In this document: piece by piece, positions 50,501 to 60,577 of the stretch
Layout of the letters: each line of letters begins with the position of its first letter
How positions within the stretch are numbered: the stretch's first letter is position 1
DNA from: Candidatus Marinacidobacterales bacterium
Lineage (GTDB): Bacteria > Acidobacteriota > Vicinamibacteria > Marinacidobacterales > DATDRI01
DNA length: 64,000 bases
Reading direction: 5' to 3'
NCBI GenBank assembly: GCA_965219415.1
Contig: OZ244742.1
Location: forward strand, 768,001 to 832,000
Translations under genes and position numbers: made by a program
The notes under the pieces: model-generated
The model's input: the letters and a program-made list of their open reading frames with translations, nothing else
Databases searched by the model: none
What the model was told of the DNA's origin: nothing

Positions 50501-51781
50501 ATGATGAAGCAAGCAGCCGGGGTACGTTTGCAGGGTACCGTAGCGTTACCCGGCGACAAGTCGATTGCGCACCGGGCGGCGCTCTTCGCGTCGATCGCCC
50601 GAGGCAAGTCCGTCATCGAGCACTATCCCCCGGGCGGGGACTGCCAGCGCACACTTGACCTGCTCGAGGCTATCGGCGTCGCCGTGGAGCGGCAGCAGAA
50701 TCGAGTCTGTGTCTCAGGCAAGGGCTATTTCGGATTTCGTCCACCCTCTTCGAGCCTCTATGCGGGGAACTCGGGGACCACGCTCCGCATGGCCTGTGGC
50801 CTCCTCGCGCCCCAACCGTTCGACAGCCACTTGACCGGAGACGAAAGCTTGGAGCGCAGACCCATGCGGCGAGTCATCGATCCGTTGGAGCGGATGGGCG
50901 CGCGCATCGAGTCGACCCATGAGGGACGAGCGCCACTTCACATTCGCGGCGGCAGGAGCCTCAAAGGCCTGCTGTATCGGTCGCCGGTCGCAAGCGCTCA
51001 AGTAAAAACCGCCGTCCTCCTTGCGGGACTCCATGCGGAGGGCGATACCCGCGTTCAGGAGCCCCTTCCTTCTCGCAACCATACCGAGCTCGCGCTCATG
51101 AGGTTCGGAGTGCCCGTTGCCAACGATGAGGATGGCGTCCGCATCACCGGCGGAAGCGAGCTGCAATCGACAAGAATCAAGATTCCGGGCGATATCTCGT
51201 CCGCAGCCTTCTTCATCGTGGCGGCAGCGGTTTTTCCTGGCTCCAATCTCCTCGTGGCGGACGTCGGACTGAACCCGACGCGCACCGCCTTCATCGAAGT
51301 CCTCCATTCCATGGGAGCTCGGGTGACTATCGAGGAAGAGCACGAGCAAGACGGAGAAGTCATCGGCACCGTGCGCGTGGAAGGCGCGGAACTGGCCGGC
51401 GTAGAGGTACCTGCCGAACGCGTGCCCGGGCTCATCGACGAAATCCCGGCCCTCGCCGTTGCCGCTTCGTTCGCACACGGCGAAACGATCATTCGCGGAG
51501 CCTCGGAGCTCCGGGTCAAAGAGTCCGATCGGATACATGCTTTGGCGACGGGACTACGCGCCTTGAACGTCGAAGTGGAAGAACTGCCGGACGGGCTGCG
51601 CATCAGAGGGGGAAGTCCGATGCAGGCGGCCAGTCTTGACAGCTTCGATGATCACCGCATCGCGATGGCGTGGGGGATCGCATCACTCGGAGTCGACGGA
51701 GCATGCCAGATCAAGGGAAAAAGCGCGGCGAGCGTTTCCTTCCCGGAGTTCTGGGAGACTTTGGACCAAGCGATTGCATGA
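50501..51781 (+). CDS. aroA: EPSP synthase
   Basis: PGDKSIAHR, GNSGTT, RPMRR, ASAQVK, SRNHTE, DISSAAF, RVKESDRI, DHRIAM. Confidence 0.97.
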   Translation: MMKQAAGVRLQGTVALPGDKSIAHRAALFASIARGKSVIEHYPPGGDCQRTLDLLEAIGVAVERQQNRVCVSGKGYFGFRPPSSSLYAGNSGTTLRMACGLLAPQPFDSHLTGDESLERRPMRRVIDPLERMGARIESTHEGRAPLHIRGGRSLKGLLYRSPVASAQVKTAVLLAGLHAEGDTRVQEPLPSRNHTELALMRFGVPVANDEDGVRITGGSELQSTRIKIPGDISSAAFFIVAAAVFPGSNLLVADVGLNPTRTAFIEVLHSMGARVTIEEEHEQDGEVIGTVRVEGAELAGVEVPAERVPGLIDEIPALAVAASFAHGETIIRGASELRVKESDRIHALATGLRALNVEVEELPDGLRIRGGSPMQAASLDSFDDHRIAMAWGIASLGVDGACQIKGKSAASVSFPEFWETLDQAIA

Positions 51782-52305
51782 CCAAGAACGTTGTCAACGG
51801 GACGCGGTTCTTCATCATCGGTTTCATGGGGGTCGGCAAGAGCACGGTAGGGCGTGGAGTTGCCAAGCGTCTCGGTGTGCCGTTCTATGATTTGGATCAA
51901 GAGATCGAACAAGACGCGGGAAAGAAGATCCACGAAATCTTCGACGCTGTGGGCGAGGGCTCGTTCCGCAGGATCGAGACCGAGCGCCTTCGAGAAATTG
52001 TGAAACGAGGACCAGGAGTCATCGCCACCGGCGGGGGGACTTTCACTCGGCCCGAGAACCGGGAGATTATCGGTTCAAGTGGGGTGAGCGTCTGGTTGGA
52101 TGCGCCGACCGACCTCGTGATCGAGCGCGGCGCTAAAGGACGGCATCGACCCTTATGGCGCAGCACGGAACAGGTCAAGGCGCTTCTCGATGAGCGCTTG
52201 CCCGACTATCGTAAGGCCGATATTCGCTTCGACATGAACGCATTGCCACTGACAAGAGTAACCGCGCGGCTCGCCAACCTGCTGCAATCGTATTGCGAGA
52301 GCTGA
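51778..52305 (+). CDS. aroK: Shikimate kinase
   Basis: GFMGVGKST, DLD, GE..FR..E, ATGGG, RPL; ATGA overlap with aroA. Confidence 0.95.
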   Translation: MTKNVVNGTRFFIIGFMGVGKSTVGRGVAKRLGVPFYDLDQEIEQDAGKKIHEIFDAVGEGSFRRIETERLREIVKRGPGVIATGGGTFTRPENREIIGSSGVSVWLDAPTDLVIERGAKGRHRPLWRSTEQVKALLDERLPDYRKADIRFDMNALPLTRVTARLANLLQSYCES

Positions 52306-53045
52306 TGAGATACCTGATTCTTAGCGACATTCACTCGAATCGCGAGGCGCTTACCACCGTGCTTCGTTTCGTCCGGCGAAAACGGTTCGACCGGACCGTT
52401 ATTTTGGAGACCTCGTCGGTTACGGGGCGGAGCCAAACCCCATCGTCGACATGGTCCGCTCCCTCAAGCGATCCGTGATCATCCGGGGGAACCACGATAA
52501 GGTATGTAGCGGGGTCGAATCGGGCGAGATGTTCAATCGCATCGCTCTCGTCTCCGCCAAGTGGACCCAGAAGAAACTCCTTCCGAGCCACCGCAAGTGG
52601 CTTGCTGGCCTCCACCCAAGGCCCGGTCCACGTGGACGATACCTTTTCGATCTCTCGCGGCACCCCACTCGATGAGGACGCTTACATTTTCGGAGAGATC
52701 GAGGCTCTCAACATGTTCCGATTTCTCAAGTTCCCGATATGCTTCTTCGGGCACAGTCATTTTCCGGTAGCGTTCTGTCTGGACTCGGAATCGTTGACAA
52801 CCTATGTCCCCACGAGCCCAACGTTCCGGCTGCAGCTCCGAAAGGATGCCTTTTACCTCATCAATCCGGGCTCGATCGGTCAACCTCGGGATGGGGACAA
52901 ACGCGCCAGCTTCGGCATTTTCGACTCCACCAAGATGACGATGACCATTCACCGCGTGGAATACCGATACGAGCGCACGCAGAGGAAAATACGCGCCGCT
53001 GGCCTGCCACTTCCCTTGGCGGATCGGCTGGCGCTAGGCCGGTAG
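52305..53045 (+). CDS. Calcineurin-like metallophosphoesterase (two apparent frameshifts)
   Basis: SDIHSN, GDLVGYG, RGNHD, GHSH, NPGSIGQPRD spread over three frames. Confidence 0.85.
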
Positions 53046-53090
53046 CAGTGTAGTAATCAAAGACTCTTCGTCCCTTAATCCCTCTCCCTT

Positions 53091-53153
53091 CCGCCTTCGC
53101 TGATGCTTCGGCGGACCCGCCGAAGTCGTTGGAATAGAAGCGGACGGAGGCGG
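53091..53153. repeat. Multi-hairpin palindromic repeat, copy 3, nested in a ccctctccc/gggagaggg palindrome
   Basis: CCGCCTTCG..CTTCGGC..GCCGAAG..GACGGAGGCGG. Confidence 0.7.
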
Positions 53154-53290
53154 GCTGGGAGAGGGCCGGGGTGAGGGTTCATGAAGAGAAAAAAACGGAG
53201 GCGCGTGGTCCGCGCCCCGCTCTTCGATACCAAGCTTTATCGGGGTTAGTGGAGCTGAGTCGGGCGACTCAGCGACCCCGGCTATTCCCG

Positions 53291-53626
53291 CTACTCGTTG
53301 ACCGCGCGATCGATGGCGCGGCGCAACTTATCCTCACCGTTTCCACGGCCCTCATCCGAGGGTGTGGTTCCGAACCGCAACACGAACCGGCCCCCAGTGG
53401 ACAAAGAAAGGGAGTCAATGAGCTTGCGGGTCAGTTCCTTCCAACTCCACCAGCGCTGCTTCCCGACGATCCGGCGAAGCGCCCGGCGTAGCTCAGGCTC
53501 CTCGGCCGTATAGCCGACTTCGCCTTCGATGGCCCGAATGCCGATTTGGAAGTGGACCTTGCCAACTCTTACGGAACCTTGGTAGATTCCGGTAGCGAAC
53601 TGCTGCGTGTCAACCGATTGAAGCAT
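53291..53626 (-). CDS. Hypothetical protein
   Basis: 111 aa, AAGGAG RBS, upstream sigma54-like motif. Confidence 0.7.
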   Translation of the reverse strand: MLQSVDTQQFATGIYQGSVRVGKVHFQIGIRAIEGEVGYTAEEPELRRALRRIVGKQRWWSWKELTRKLIDSLSLSTGGRFVLRFGTTPSDEGRGNGEDKLRRAIDRAVNE

Positions 53627-53701
53627 CGAATGTCACTCCTTGCTAAGCCCCCGAAATCTCCTGCACCCGGGAGCCAAATTGACTCAGATGCGAGCCCTTT
53701 T

Positions 53702-53718
53702 AGCAAGTTGCATGCCCA
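53702..53718 (-). promoter_or_regulatory. Probable sigma54 promoter
   Basis: TGGGCAT-GCAAC-TTGCT (GG-N10-GC). Confidence 0.6.
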
Positions 53719-53905
53719 AGAGCGGCCGTTACTTCATCTTCTACCTGTCGCCCGGCCAGACACTATCTATTGTGTTATTGGGTCGTTCCAAAACCCTTGA
53801 GACCTCAAGTGCTATATCATCTTTTGTCACAAAACGTGGGGCAATTCCCTACGTTATCGCGTGGGTTTTCCCCCCTAGGGGTTAGCGGGTTAGAGCCTAC
53901 ATCCT

Positions 53906-54078
53906 TGGCTCAATGCGCGCTCACTCTTCGTTCGCGCGCTGAGCCTCGCTCATCGCTCGGCCTCCCTGTTGTCGGCCCACTCGGGCCGGCTCGCTCCGCT
54001 CGCATAGAGCCGTCAGCTGTCTCCGCAGCCGCTTGTCGGCAGAGGGACAAGCCGTGGGGGTGGGGCCCCGCGGCGCCG
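53906..54078. repeat. REP-like palindromic cluster
   Basis: Nested hairpins (gcgcg..cgcgc, ggccc..gggcc, ctcgct units) and gccgtgggggtggggccccgcggc. Confidence 0.5.
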
Positions 54079-54115
54079 TGATGGAGAAGTGCAGTCAATC
54101 TCTCGGCCACCCCTG

Positions 54116-55036
54116 CTAGGGCTTGGCTAACCGGCGAGCAGCCTCCCAAACCGCCTCGTCTGGGGCGGTCTGGGGAAGGATCTCGACCGAGGGACCAAGA
54201 GGAGCCCAGACCGAAGGATCGGTAGGACCGAAAAGGGCAATGGTAGGAGCGCCGGAAGCCGCGGAGAGGTGCGAAACTCCCGAATCGTTCCCGACGAAAA
54301 CGTCAGCTTGGGACAATACGCACCCAAGAACCGGGAGGGGTAGCCCGGCCGCAGTTGGGGGGCTCCAAGAAAGCGTCCGCCGAAGGGCCATCGCGGCTTC
54401 CCCATCCGCCTCGCCTTCGATGATCAAGACCTGCTGACCCGCGGCTCGCGCCCGGGCCGCCAGACCCCCGAAACATTTGGGCTCCCAGTTCTTGAGGACG
54501 CTTCCGCTGCCAGGGTGAATGGCTAGAAAACCCGTCTTCTGGAGGCCAGCTTCAGTGAGGAACTCGCGGGCGGCCTGTAGCGCGTCGGTCGGAAATTCCA
54601 GCTTGGGAGGCGACAACGCGACGAGAATACCCAAGGGTGTAAGGCTCTGCAATAAATGAAGACTCGCATGTACTCGAGCTCTCACTGGAGGGTACGGACT
54701 CGCCTGAATGCACGGTACGTCGGCTTGCTCTAGCTGTCGCCGTAGATCGGCCGATTCTTCACGGACCCACGCCACGACCAGATCGAACGAGCGGAAAAAA
54801 TCTTGTAGATCTGCCGGGAGCAATTCAGAGAACAACCCTGCGAAAAGGGCACGGTCGATAGAATGGATCCCGTGCACTGGAATGGCGAGACCGGCCACCT
54901 GCAGCACCGAGGGGTAGCCAGCGAGCTCGAGTTGCCCACCGCGGTTCCATTCATGGAGTGCCCGAAGAGCCGGCAAGGCGAGAACCGTGTCTCCGAGCGC
55001 GCCAGCTCGGATAACAAGGATGCGTCCGCCTTTTAC
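54116..55036 (-). CDS. GT9 (heptosyltransferase-like) glycosyltransferase, start unresolved
   Basis: ILVIRAGALGD, IHPGSGS..KNW, FVGNDSGVSHL, LFGPTDP..WAP; ORF start 55189 overlaps the divergent gene. Confidence 0.88.
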   Translation of the reverse strand, partial: VKGGRILVIRAGALGDTVLALPALRALHEWNRGGQLELAGYPSVLQVAGLAIPVHGIHSIDRALFAGLFSELLPADLQDFFRSFDLVVAWVREESADLRRQLEQADVPCIQASPYPPVRARVHASLHLLQSLTPLGILVALSPPKLEFPTDALQAAREFLTEAGLQKTGFLAIHPGSGSVLKNWEPKCFGGLAARARAAGQQVLIIEGEADGEAAMALRRTLSWSPPTAAGLPLPVLGCVLSQADVFVGNDSGVSHLSAASGAPTIALFGPTDPSVWAPLGPSVEILPQTAPDEAVWEAARRLAKP

Positions 55037-55070
55037 TCGCCCTGTCCTTGTGCTAGAATTTTCCGGAAAA

Positions 55071-56012
55071 ATGTCCAGACTATTTCTGTCGTTTGCCGCA
55101 TTCCTGCTACTCCTCGCGGCCGCTCGCGGGTCCGACCGTTGGGTGGAGGCCGATGAGTTAGAGGATGCCGACCTAGCTGTTTTTTTCACCGGAGAGCTCC
55201 GCGGTTACGTTGAGCCCTGTGGCTGAAGCCGCAACCCCCTCGGGGGCTTTGCCCGGCGGGCAGCGTACCTAGAACAGTTTGAGAAGATCTTCTCGCGAAC
55301 ACCATGGATTCTGGTCGACGCGGGGGACTTCTCCGCCGATGTAGCACTCGAGGCGGAGGTTCGAAACCGGTGGGTCCTGGAAGGCATGCTCCGCATGAAC
55401 TACTCCGCGATCAACATCGGCGAGCTGGAGGTCATACCGGAGACCGGACGCTTCCGCGAGCTGGGGCACTCGAGGTTGCCGTTAGTCTCCGCCAATGCCA
55501 TCCTCGGGTCCGAGGCGGGCGCCGCCATCCCTCCGTACGTGATCCAAGAAGTCGAGACCGCTTCGGGACGAACGATCCGTTTTGGCTTCCTGGGACTCAC
55601 CGACCCGACCTCTGACTCACTCGCCATCGACTTCTCCGATCCGGTCGAAAAAGCGCGGGGGCTCGTCGGCGAGCTCCGCGGAAAATGCGACGTTGTCGTG
55701 GTCTTGGCACAATTGCCGCTGCCGACGGCCAAGGATCTCGCCAAGGCGGTCCCAGGGATCGACGTACTGGTGGGCGCTGCGAATGACACACACCTCTCTC
55801 AACCGGTGTTCGAAGGAGACACTCTGATTTCTTACCCGTATCCCCAGGGAATGGCGCTCGGCGAGCTGAGGCTTTTCTTCGACACCGAGGGGCGGGCGAC
55901 CCGTTTCTTTTACCGCCTGGTCGCACTCTCTTCTCGGCTTCCAGATCATCCAGATTTCATCGAGTTCCAGCAAAGGGCTGAAGAGGAGATCACCCAGGCC
56001 AAATCCCAGTGA
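55071..56012 (+). CDS. UshA-like (5'-nucleotidase-fold) exported selenoprotein candidate, TGA at codon 52
   Basis: Signal peptide..GYVEPCG-TGA-SRNPLGGFARRA..LVDAGD; frame stays open through TGA 55224-55226 into ORF 55386..56012. Confidence 0.85.
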
Positions 56013-56080
56013 TTTTGTTTCATGCTACTATGGGAGCCGAAATTCCCAGCGCGCCACAAGTGAATAGAGGAGATAGCCCC

Positions 56081-56539
56081 ATGAAGCCCTTGAGCCTACC
56101 GGCGAGGAGTAGCCTGGTCAATTTGGTCAAAACGATCCGATTGCTCACTGCTTTTTCGGTCGCCACACTACTCGGTGCGCCGCTGACACTCGGACAGGAA
56201 GAAACCCCGCAAGAACCCCCATCCGCCATGGAGCAAGCCGACGCGCTACCGCAGGCCGAGACTCCCGCGCAAGTCTCCGGCATGGCCTCAACCGAAGCCT
56301 ACGATCGAGGACTGCGACACTACCGGAATCGCAACTTCACCCAAGCCCTCGAGGAGCTAGGCCAAGTCTCGCAGGCCGAACCGGGTCGGGCCGACGTGCT
56401 CTACTTGATGGGATACTGCCACTACGTCCTGAAGCACTTTGAGGACTCCTTGGATGCGTTCCGGAGGACGTTCGAGGTGAACCCGGATTTCGACCCTCGC
56501 GGGATCTATCAGGCGCGATATCGTCCGCAAGGTCCGTAG
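56081..56539 (+). CDS. Exported TPR protein
   Basis: AYDRGLRHY..NFTQA, LYLMGYCHY..F..S..AF..FEVNP; GAGGAG RBS. Confidence 0.85.
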   Translation: MKPLSLPARSSLVNLVKTIRLLTAFSVATLLGAPLTLGQEETPQEPPSAMEQADALPQAETPAQVSGMASTEAYDRGLRHYRNRNFTQALEELGQVSQAEPGRADVLYLMGYCHYVLKHFEDSLDAFRRTFEVNPDFDPRGIYQARYRPQGP

Positions 56540-56604
56540 CAAGCGACCCGGCAGGACCTCCTCCCCCGGGAGCATGCCGGGAGGTTGACGTTTAAGTCCG
56601 AGGG

Positions 56605-58374
56605 TCAGGAGCCCGCGGATGACGGGGCTTGCCCTTCCCTACTCCCCTCGTCGACTTGGGACCCGGACTGCGGCTCGGCCCGGTCGTTGAGTTCAGGGGT
56701 TTCAGGTTTTTCCGACGAGTCCGCCTTGTCTGGCCTTGCGAACGCCCCCCGTCCGCCATGTCTTTCGCGTCTCTCTTGTTTGTCCTGTCGGTCTTGTCTT
56801 GAAGCCGAGCTCCGACGGCTGGAGCCCCTCGAGTGACGCTCCGGTCTCCTCTGCCTTCCCGATTCCTTTCGAGCCACGAGCTCGAACTGCTCGTGATGGA
56901 AACCAGCCATCGGCTTGATCTCGGTTCTCGCACCTAGGATGGAGCGGATCTCGTCGAGCACGGGAGCCTCGCCTTTTTGAAGGGCGCGGCCCACCTCGGG
57001 ATGCACTTGTAGGATCGCCCCGTTTTGAGGAAGCTCCGACACCTTCCTTCGAACATGGTCGAGAATCTCGTAGCCGATCGTCGTGGCCGACTTGACTCGT
57101 GCGCTCCCTTGGCAGTAAGGACAGGCTTGGCTAAGGGTACGTTCGAGTGACTTCTTCACTCGTTTGCGAGTGAGGATCATCAGACCGAACTCATTAATCT
57201 GAATTGCTTTCGTGGGAGAACGATCGTCCAGGAGCTCTTCTTCGAGGTCGGCAAAGACCTTCTGTTGATTGCGTCTCTCCTCCATGTCGATGAAGTCGAT
57301 GACGATGATGCCCCCCAGGTCACGGAGCCGGATTTGATGCACGATCTCCTTGATGGCTTCTAGATTGATGCGTGTAATCGTGTTCTCGAGGCGCTTGCTG
57401 CCGGTGTAGCGCCCGGTATTGACGTCGATCGCTACCAAGGCTTCGGTCTGATTGATCACGATATAACCGCCCGACTTGAGCCAAACTTTGCTTTTGAGGG
57501 CGCGGTCGATCTCGGCCTGTACTCCGTACTCGTCGAAGATCGGGTAGTTCTTGGAGTAGAGCTTGACGCGATGCAGCATCTGGGGCTCGATTTGCTTCAC
57601 GAAGTCCACGACTTCGTCGTATAGCTTTTCGGAATCGATTCGGATCGCGCTGAAATCCGGAGAAAGCATGTCCCGAATGAGCTTGAAAACGAGACCGAGA
57701 TCGCGATGGATGACCTCGGGGGCCCTGGCAGACTCCGCCTTACGGCGAATCTCGGTCCACTGGTTCTCGAGAAAACGCATGTCGGCTAGAATCGCCTCAT
57801 CGTCTTTGCCGATAACCGCGGTCCGGACAATATACCCGCCTCCAACCGTGCGGTTCTGCTGAATCAACTGTCGGAGCCGAGCCCTTTCCTCCGAGGATTC
57901 AATCTTCCTCGATACGCCGATGTGGTCGACAGTCGGCATGAACACCAGCAGTCGTCCCGGAAGGCTGACGTAGGAAGTGATGCGAGCGCCTTTCGTTCCA
58001 ATGGGCTCCTTCGCGACCTGGACCAGAACTTCCTGCCCTTCGGTGAGCAACTCGTCGATAGAGTGGTTCTTGGCCTTGGCACGGACGATCTCTCGCTCCG
58101 TCTCGGCCATCTTCTCCTCTTCCATGGTTTGGAAGGGATCGAACTCCTCCTCCAACACGTCGGAGACATACAGGAAGGCGTCGCGCTCTAAACCAGCATC
58201 GACGAAAGCCGACTGCATCCCAGGTAGGACGCGGTTGACTCGGCCCTTATACAGGTTCCCTACAACGCTTCGACTACTCTCTCTCCCTACTGAGACTTCG
58301 GTGACGACCCCGTCCTCGACGAGGGCGACTTTGGTTTCCTGGGGGTGGTGACTGACGATCAACTCCTTGGGCAT
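56605..58374 (-). CDS. rne: Ribonuclease E/G family
   Basis: GNLYKGRV..VLPGMQSAFVD, KEPIGTKGAR, DVNTG, LRDLGGIIVIDFIDM, CPYCQG, Arg-rich tail; could be annotated rng. Confidence 0.9.
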   Translation of the reverse strand: MPKELIVSHHPQETKVALVEDGVVTEVSVGRESSRSVVGNLYKGRVNRVLPGMQSAFVDAGLERDAFLYVSDVLEEEFDPFQTMEEEKMAETEREIVRAKAKNHSIDELLTEGQEVLVQVAKEPIGTKGARITSYVSLPGRLLVFMPTVDHIGVSRKIESSEERARLRQLIQQNRTVGGGYIVRTAVIGKDDEAILADMRFLENQWTEIRRKAESARAPEVIHRDLGLVFKLIRDMLSPDFSAIRIDSEKLYDEVVDFVKQIEPQMLHRVKLYSKNYPIFDEYGVQAEIDRALKSKVWLKSGGYIVINQTEALVAIDVNTGRYTGSKRLENTITRINLEAIKEIVHQIRLRDLGGIIVIDFIDMEERRNQQKVFADLEEELLDDRSPTKAIQINEFGLMILTRKRVKKSLERTLSQACPYCQGSARVKSATTIGYEILDHVRRKVSELPQNGAILQVHPEVGRALQKGEAPVLDEIRSILGARTEIKPMAGFHHEQFELVARKESGRQRRPERHSRGSSRRSSASRQDRQDKQERRERHGGRGAFARPDKADSSEKPETPELNDRAEPQSGSQVDEGSREGQAPSSAGS

Positions 58375-59066
58375 TTGTGGCACCAGTACCCGTAAATGGG
58401 GAGAAAAACCGGTTGTTTGGGGAGAGCCCTTCTCGCATTCGGGCCGTGGCGGCGCAGCATCTCGCGATGGGGCCGGGGGCCGTAAGAAGAGTTAGGCACC
58501 GGCCAAAAGCAGCCGGGGAAGTTACCGGGGTCGGGATAGAACTCCCAACCACAAGGGGTCGGGCCGGCACCGGAACTGCACCGCAGGGCGATTGCACCCC
58601 CGGTCTTTGGCTGGCCAACATGACTTTGACTTCGATTCTCCCAATGTTCTGAAGCAGAGACGGAACCGGTACCTGATCCGCTTCAGGTTCGCGACGATCT
58701 TCCGGTGAGCACCCGCGGCATAAATCTCATCTCACCGCACCGACGGTCGGTGCGACGGCTATCTCCGCCGCTAGTGGTCAAGAAAACGAAGACCATCTCG
58801 AACGACTTCATGCAATCTTGTTTCTGATTCGTTTGCTTGCTCTCGAGGCGGTCCCACCTGCCGCGCTCTCGGCCACAGTGTTGTATCGGGGCTTTCCGCC
58901 CTCCAACACCTGGCTCGCCTCCTTGGCTCGCAAGGTCTAATGGCGCGGAATTCATGTTCCGCTCCAAGCCATTGAATTTACCATGAGAAGCCCCACCCCA
59001 CAAGCAGGGCGATTGGGTGTGGGAATCAGGAGGGCTGGTGTCGAGGACGGACCTACGAGTTTTGCT

Positions 59067-59569
59067 TCATGGATTCAGAATGTAGTACTCAGACGTGGCG
59101 TTGACCAGGTTTCGTAGGCTCATCGTTGTGGCGTAGGTCTTGCGAATATAGGTGTCCTCGGGTGAGGCGGCGTTCACCGTCGTCCCTCCCTCGAGGTTGG
59201 TGCTCTGGCTCCTCGCCCTGATCGAGAGGTTCACCCTCGTTATCCACGTCTCCGGGTCATCGGGGTCGGTCGGGCCCGGCGAATCCACCCAGGCGGCAGC
59301 GCTACCGACTCCGTATTGAAGCTGAAAGTCTTCGATGTTGGCAGCAAGCGGGATCCAGTCCTCCCCGGCACCGAGATCGCGACGCTCTAAGGTGGGGTTG
59401 TCGGCTGGCGGTACCGGGTCGACCCGATACTGGATGATGCTAAAGAACCCTATGACGGCGCAATCTGGTTCGACGTCGTCGTTGAAACCCTGTGGCAAGT
59501 TCGAGAAGCTCTGACCCGGATTGTGCGTAAGCTTGAGCTTGCCGCCAACCATCTGAGGATCGTTAGTTA
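59067..59569 (-). pseudogene. PilW-like minor pilin, C-terminal part, 5' end removed at the IS junction
   Basis: LAANIEDFQLQYG, ITRVNLSIRARS, YATTMSLRN; frame runs up to the IS end. Confidence 0.7.
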
Positions 59570-60402
59570 GTACCCGTCCTGAAGCCTGTAAGGGATTGAG
59601 AAAAAAGGAGAAATCGCAAATTCAGGGCTAGTCTTCTGAGGGGGTGTCGATTAGGATCGTGTCGTTGAAAACATCCGATTCTAAATGACTTAACTCCAAA
59701 GGAGACCAGCCCTAAATGCGAAAAACGATCAATTCACAGCCAAATCTACGTGAGCCCTGGCTGGAGCTGGAGCACGCACGCGAACTCGAAACGATCTCGT
59801 CGCTGCTCGATGCCCATCCTAAACTCAATGAGCTGGTACTGCAAGACCTGAAGTCGGTCACCCCATCGGCAGGGAGCGATGTTGGTCGTGGGGGAATGAG
59901 CACGGAGCAGGTTCTCCGGGCGTTGTTGGTCAAGCAGCTGAATCAGTTCAGCTATCGGGAGCTGGCGTTTCACTTGGCAGACTCTCGAAGCTATCGGACG
60001 TTTTGCCAGCTCGGCATCATAGAGCCGACCCCGTCGAAGTCGACCCTAGCAGCAAACATCAAAGCCGTGAAGTTCGAAACGCTGGAGCAGATCAACCGAG
60101 AGCTGGTGAGCGTTGCCGAGGATGCTGGGATTGAAAAGGGAAGAAAAGTACGAGTGGACTGCACGGTAGTGGAATCAAACATTCATCCGCCTACAGACTC
60201 CGAGCTTCTTTATGACTGTGTTCGGGTTCTCACTCGCCTGATGTGCGGAGCTCGCGAACTGCTGGGTACAGTAGTGGTCTTCGGCAATCGAACGCGTCGA
60301 GCGAAGAGACGTCGACTGGGAGTTCTGAACGCGAAGGATAAGCAACAAAGGCGTCGCGTCTATCGAGATCTACTGAAGGTGACGGAAGAAACCTATCGCT
60401 GA
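59570..60402 (+). mobile_element. Truncated ISNCY/IS5-like element with a 228-aa partial transposase (59716..60402)
   Basis: GRGGMS.EQVLR, SYRELAFHL.DS.SYR.F, RVDCTVVESNIH.PTDS.LL; left end gtacccgtcc; no right end found. Confidence 0.8.
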
Positions 60403-60577
60403 CGGAGCCGCGATGTTTCGCGGTCGGCCAGGATTGAAGGTCCAACTCCTGGGTGGTACTCTGGAAGCAATCAAATCCACAACATAACAGAGGGCGCGCA
60501 CGCTTCATGGCGGCAGCGCAGTCCACACCGGCCAAGCCGTGTTTGAAACGAACGAAACTCGAAGTCTCCAGACGGGC

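Noticed and set aside
58683-59003. 106-aa ORF upstream of rne
   Set aside because: No motifs or convincing RBS; probably non-coding
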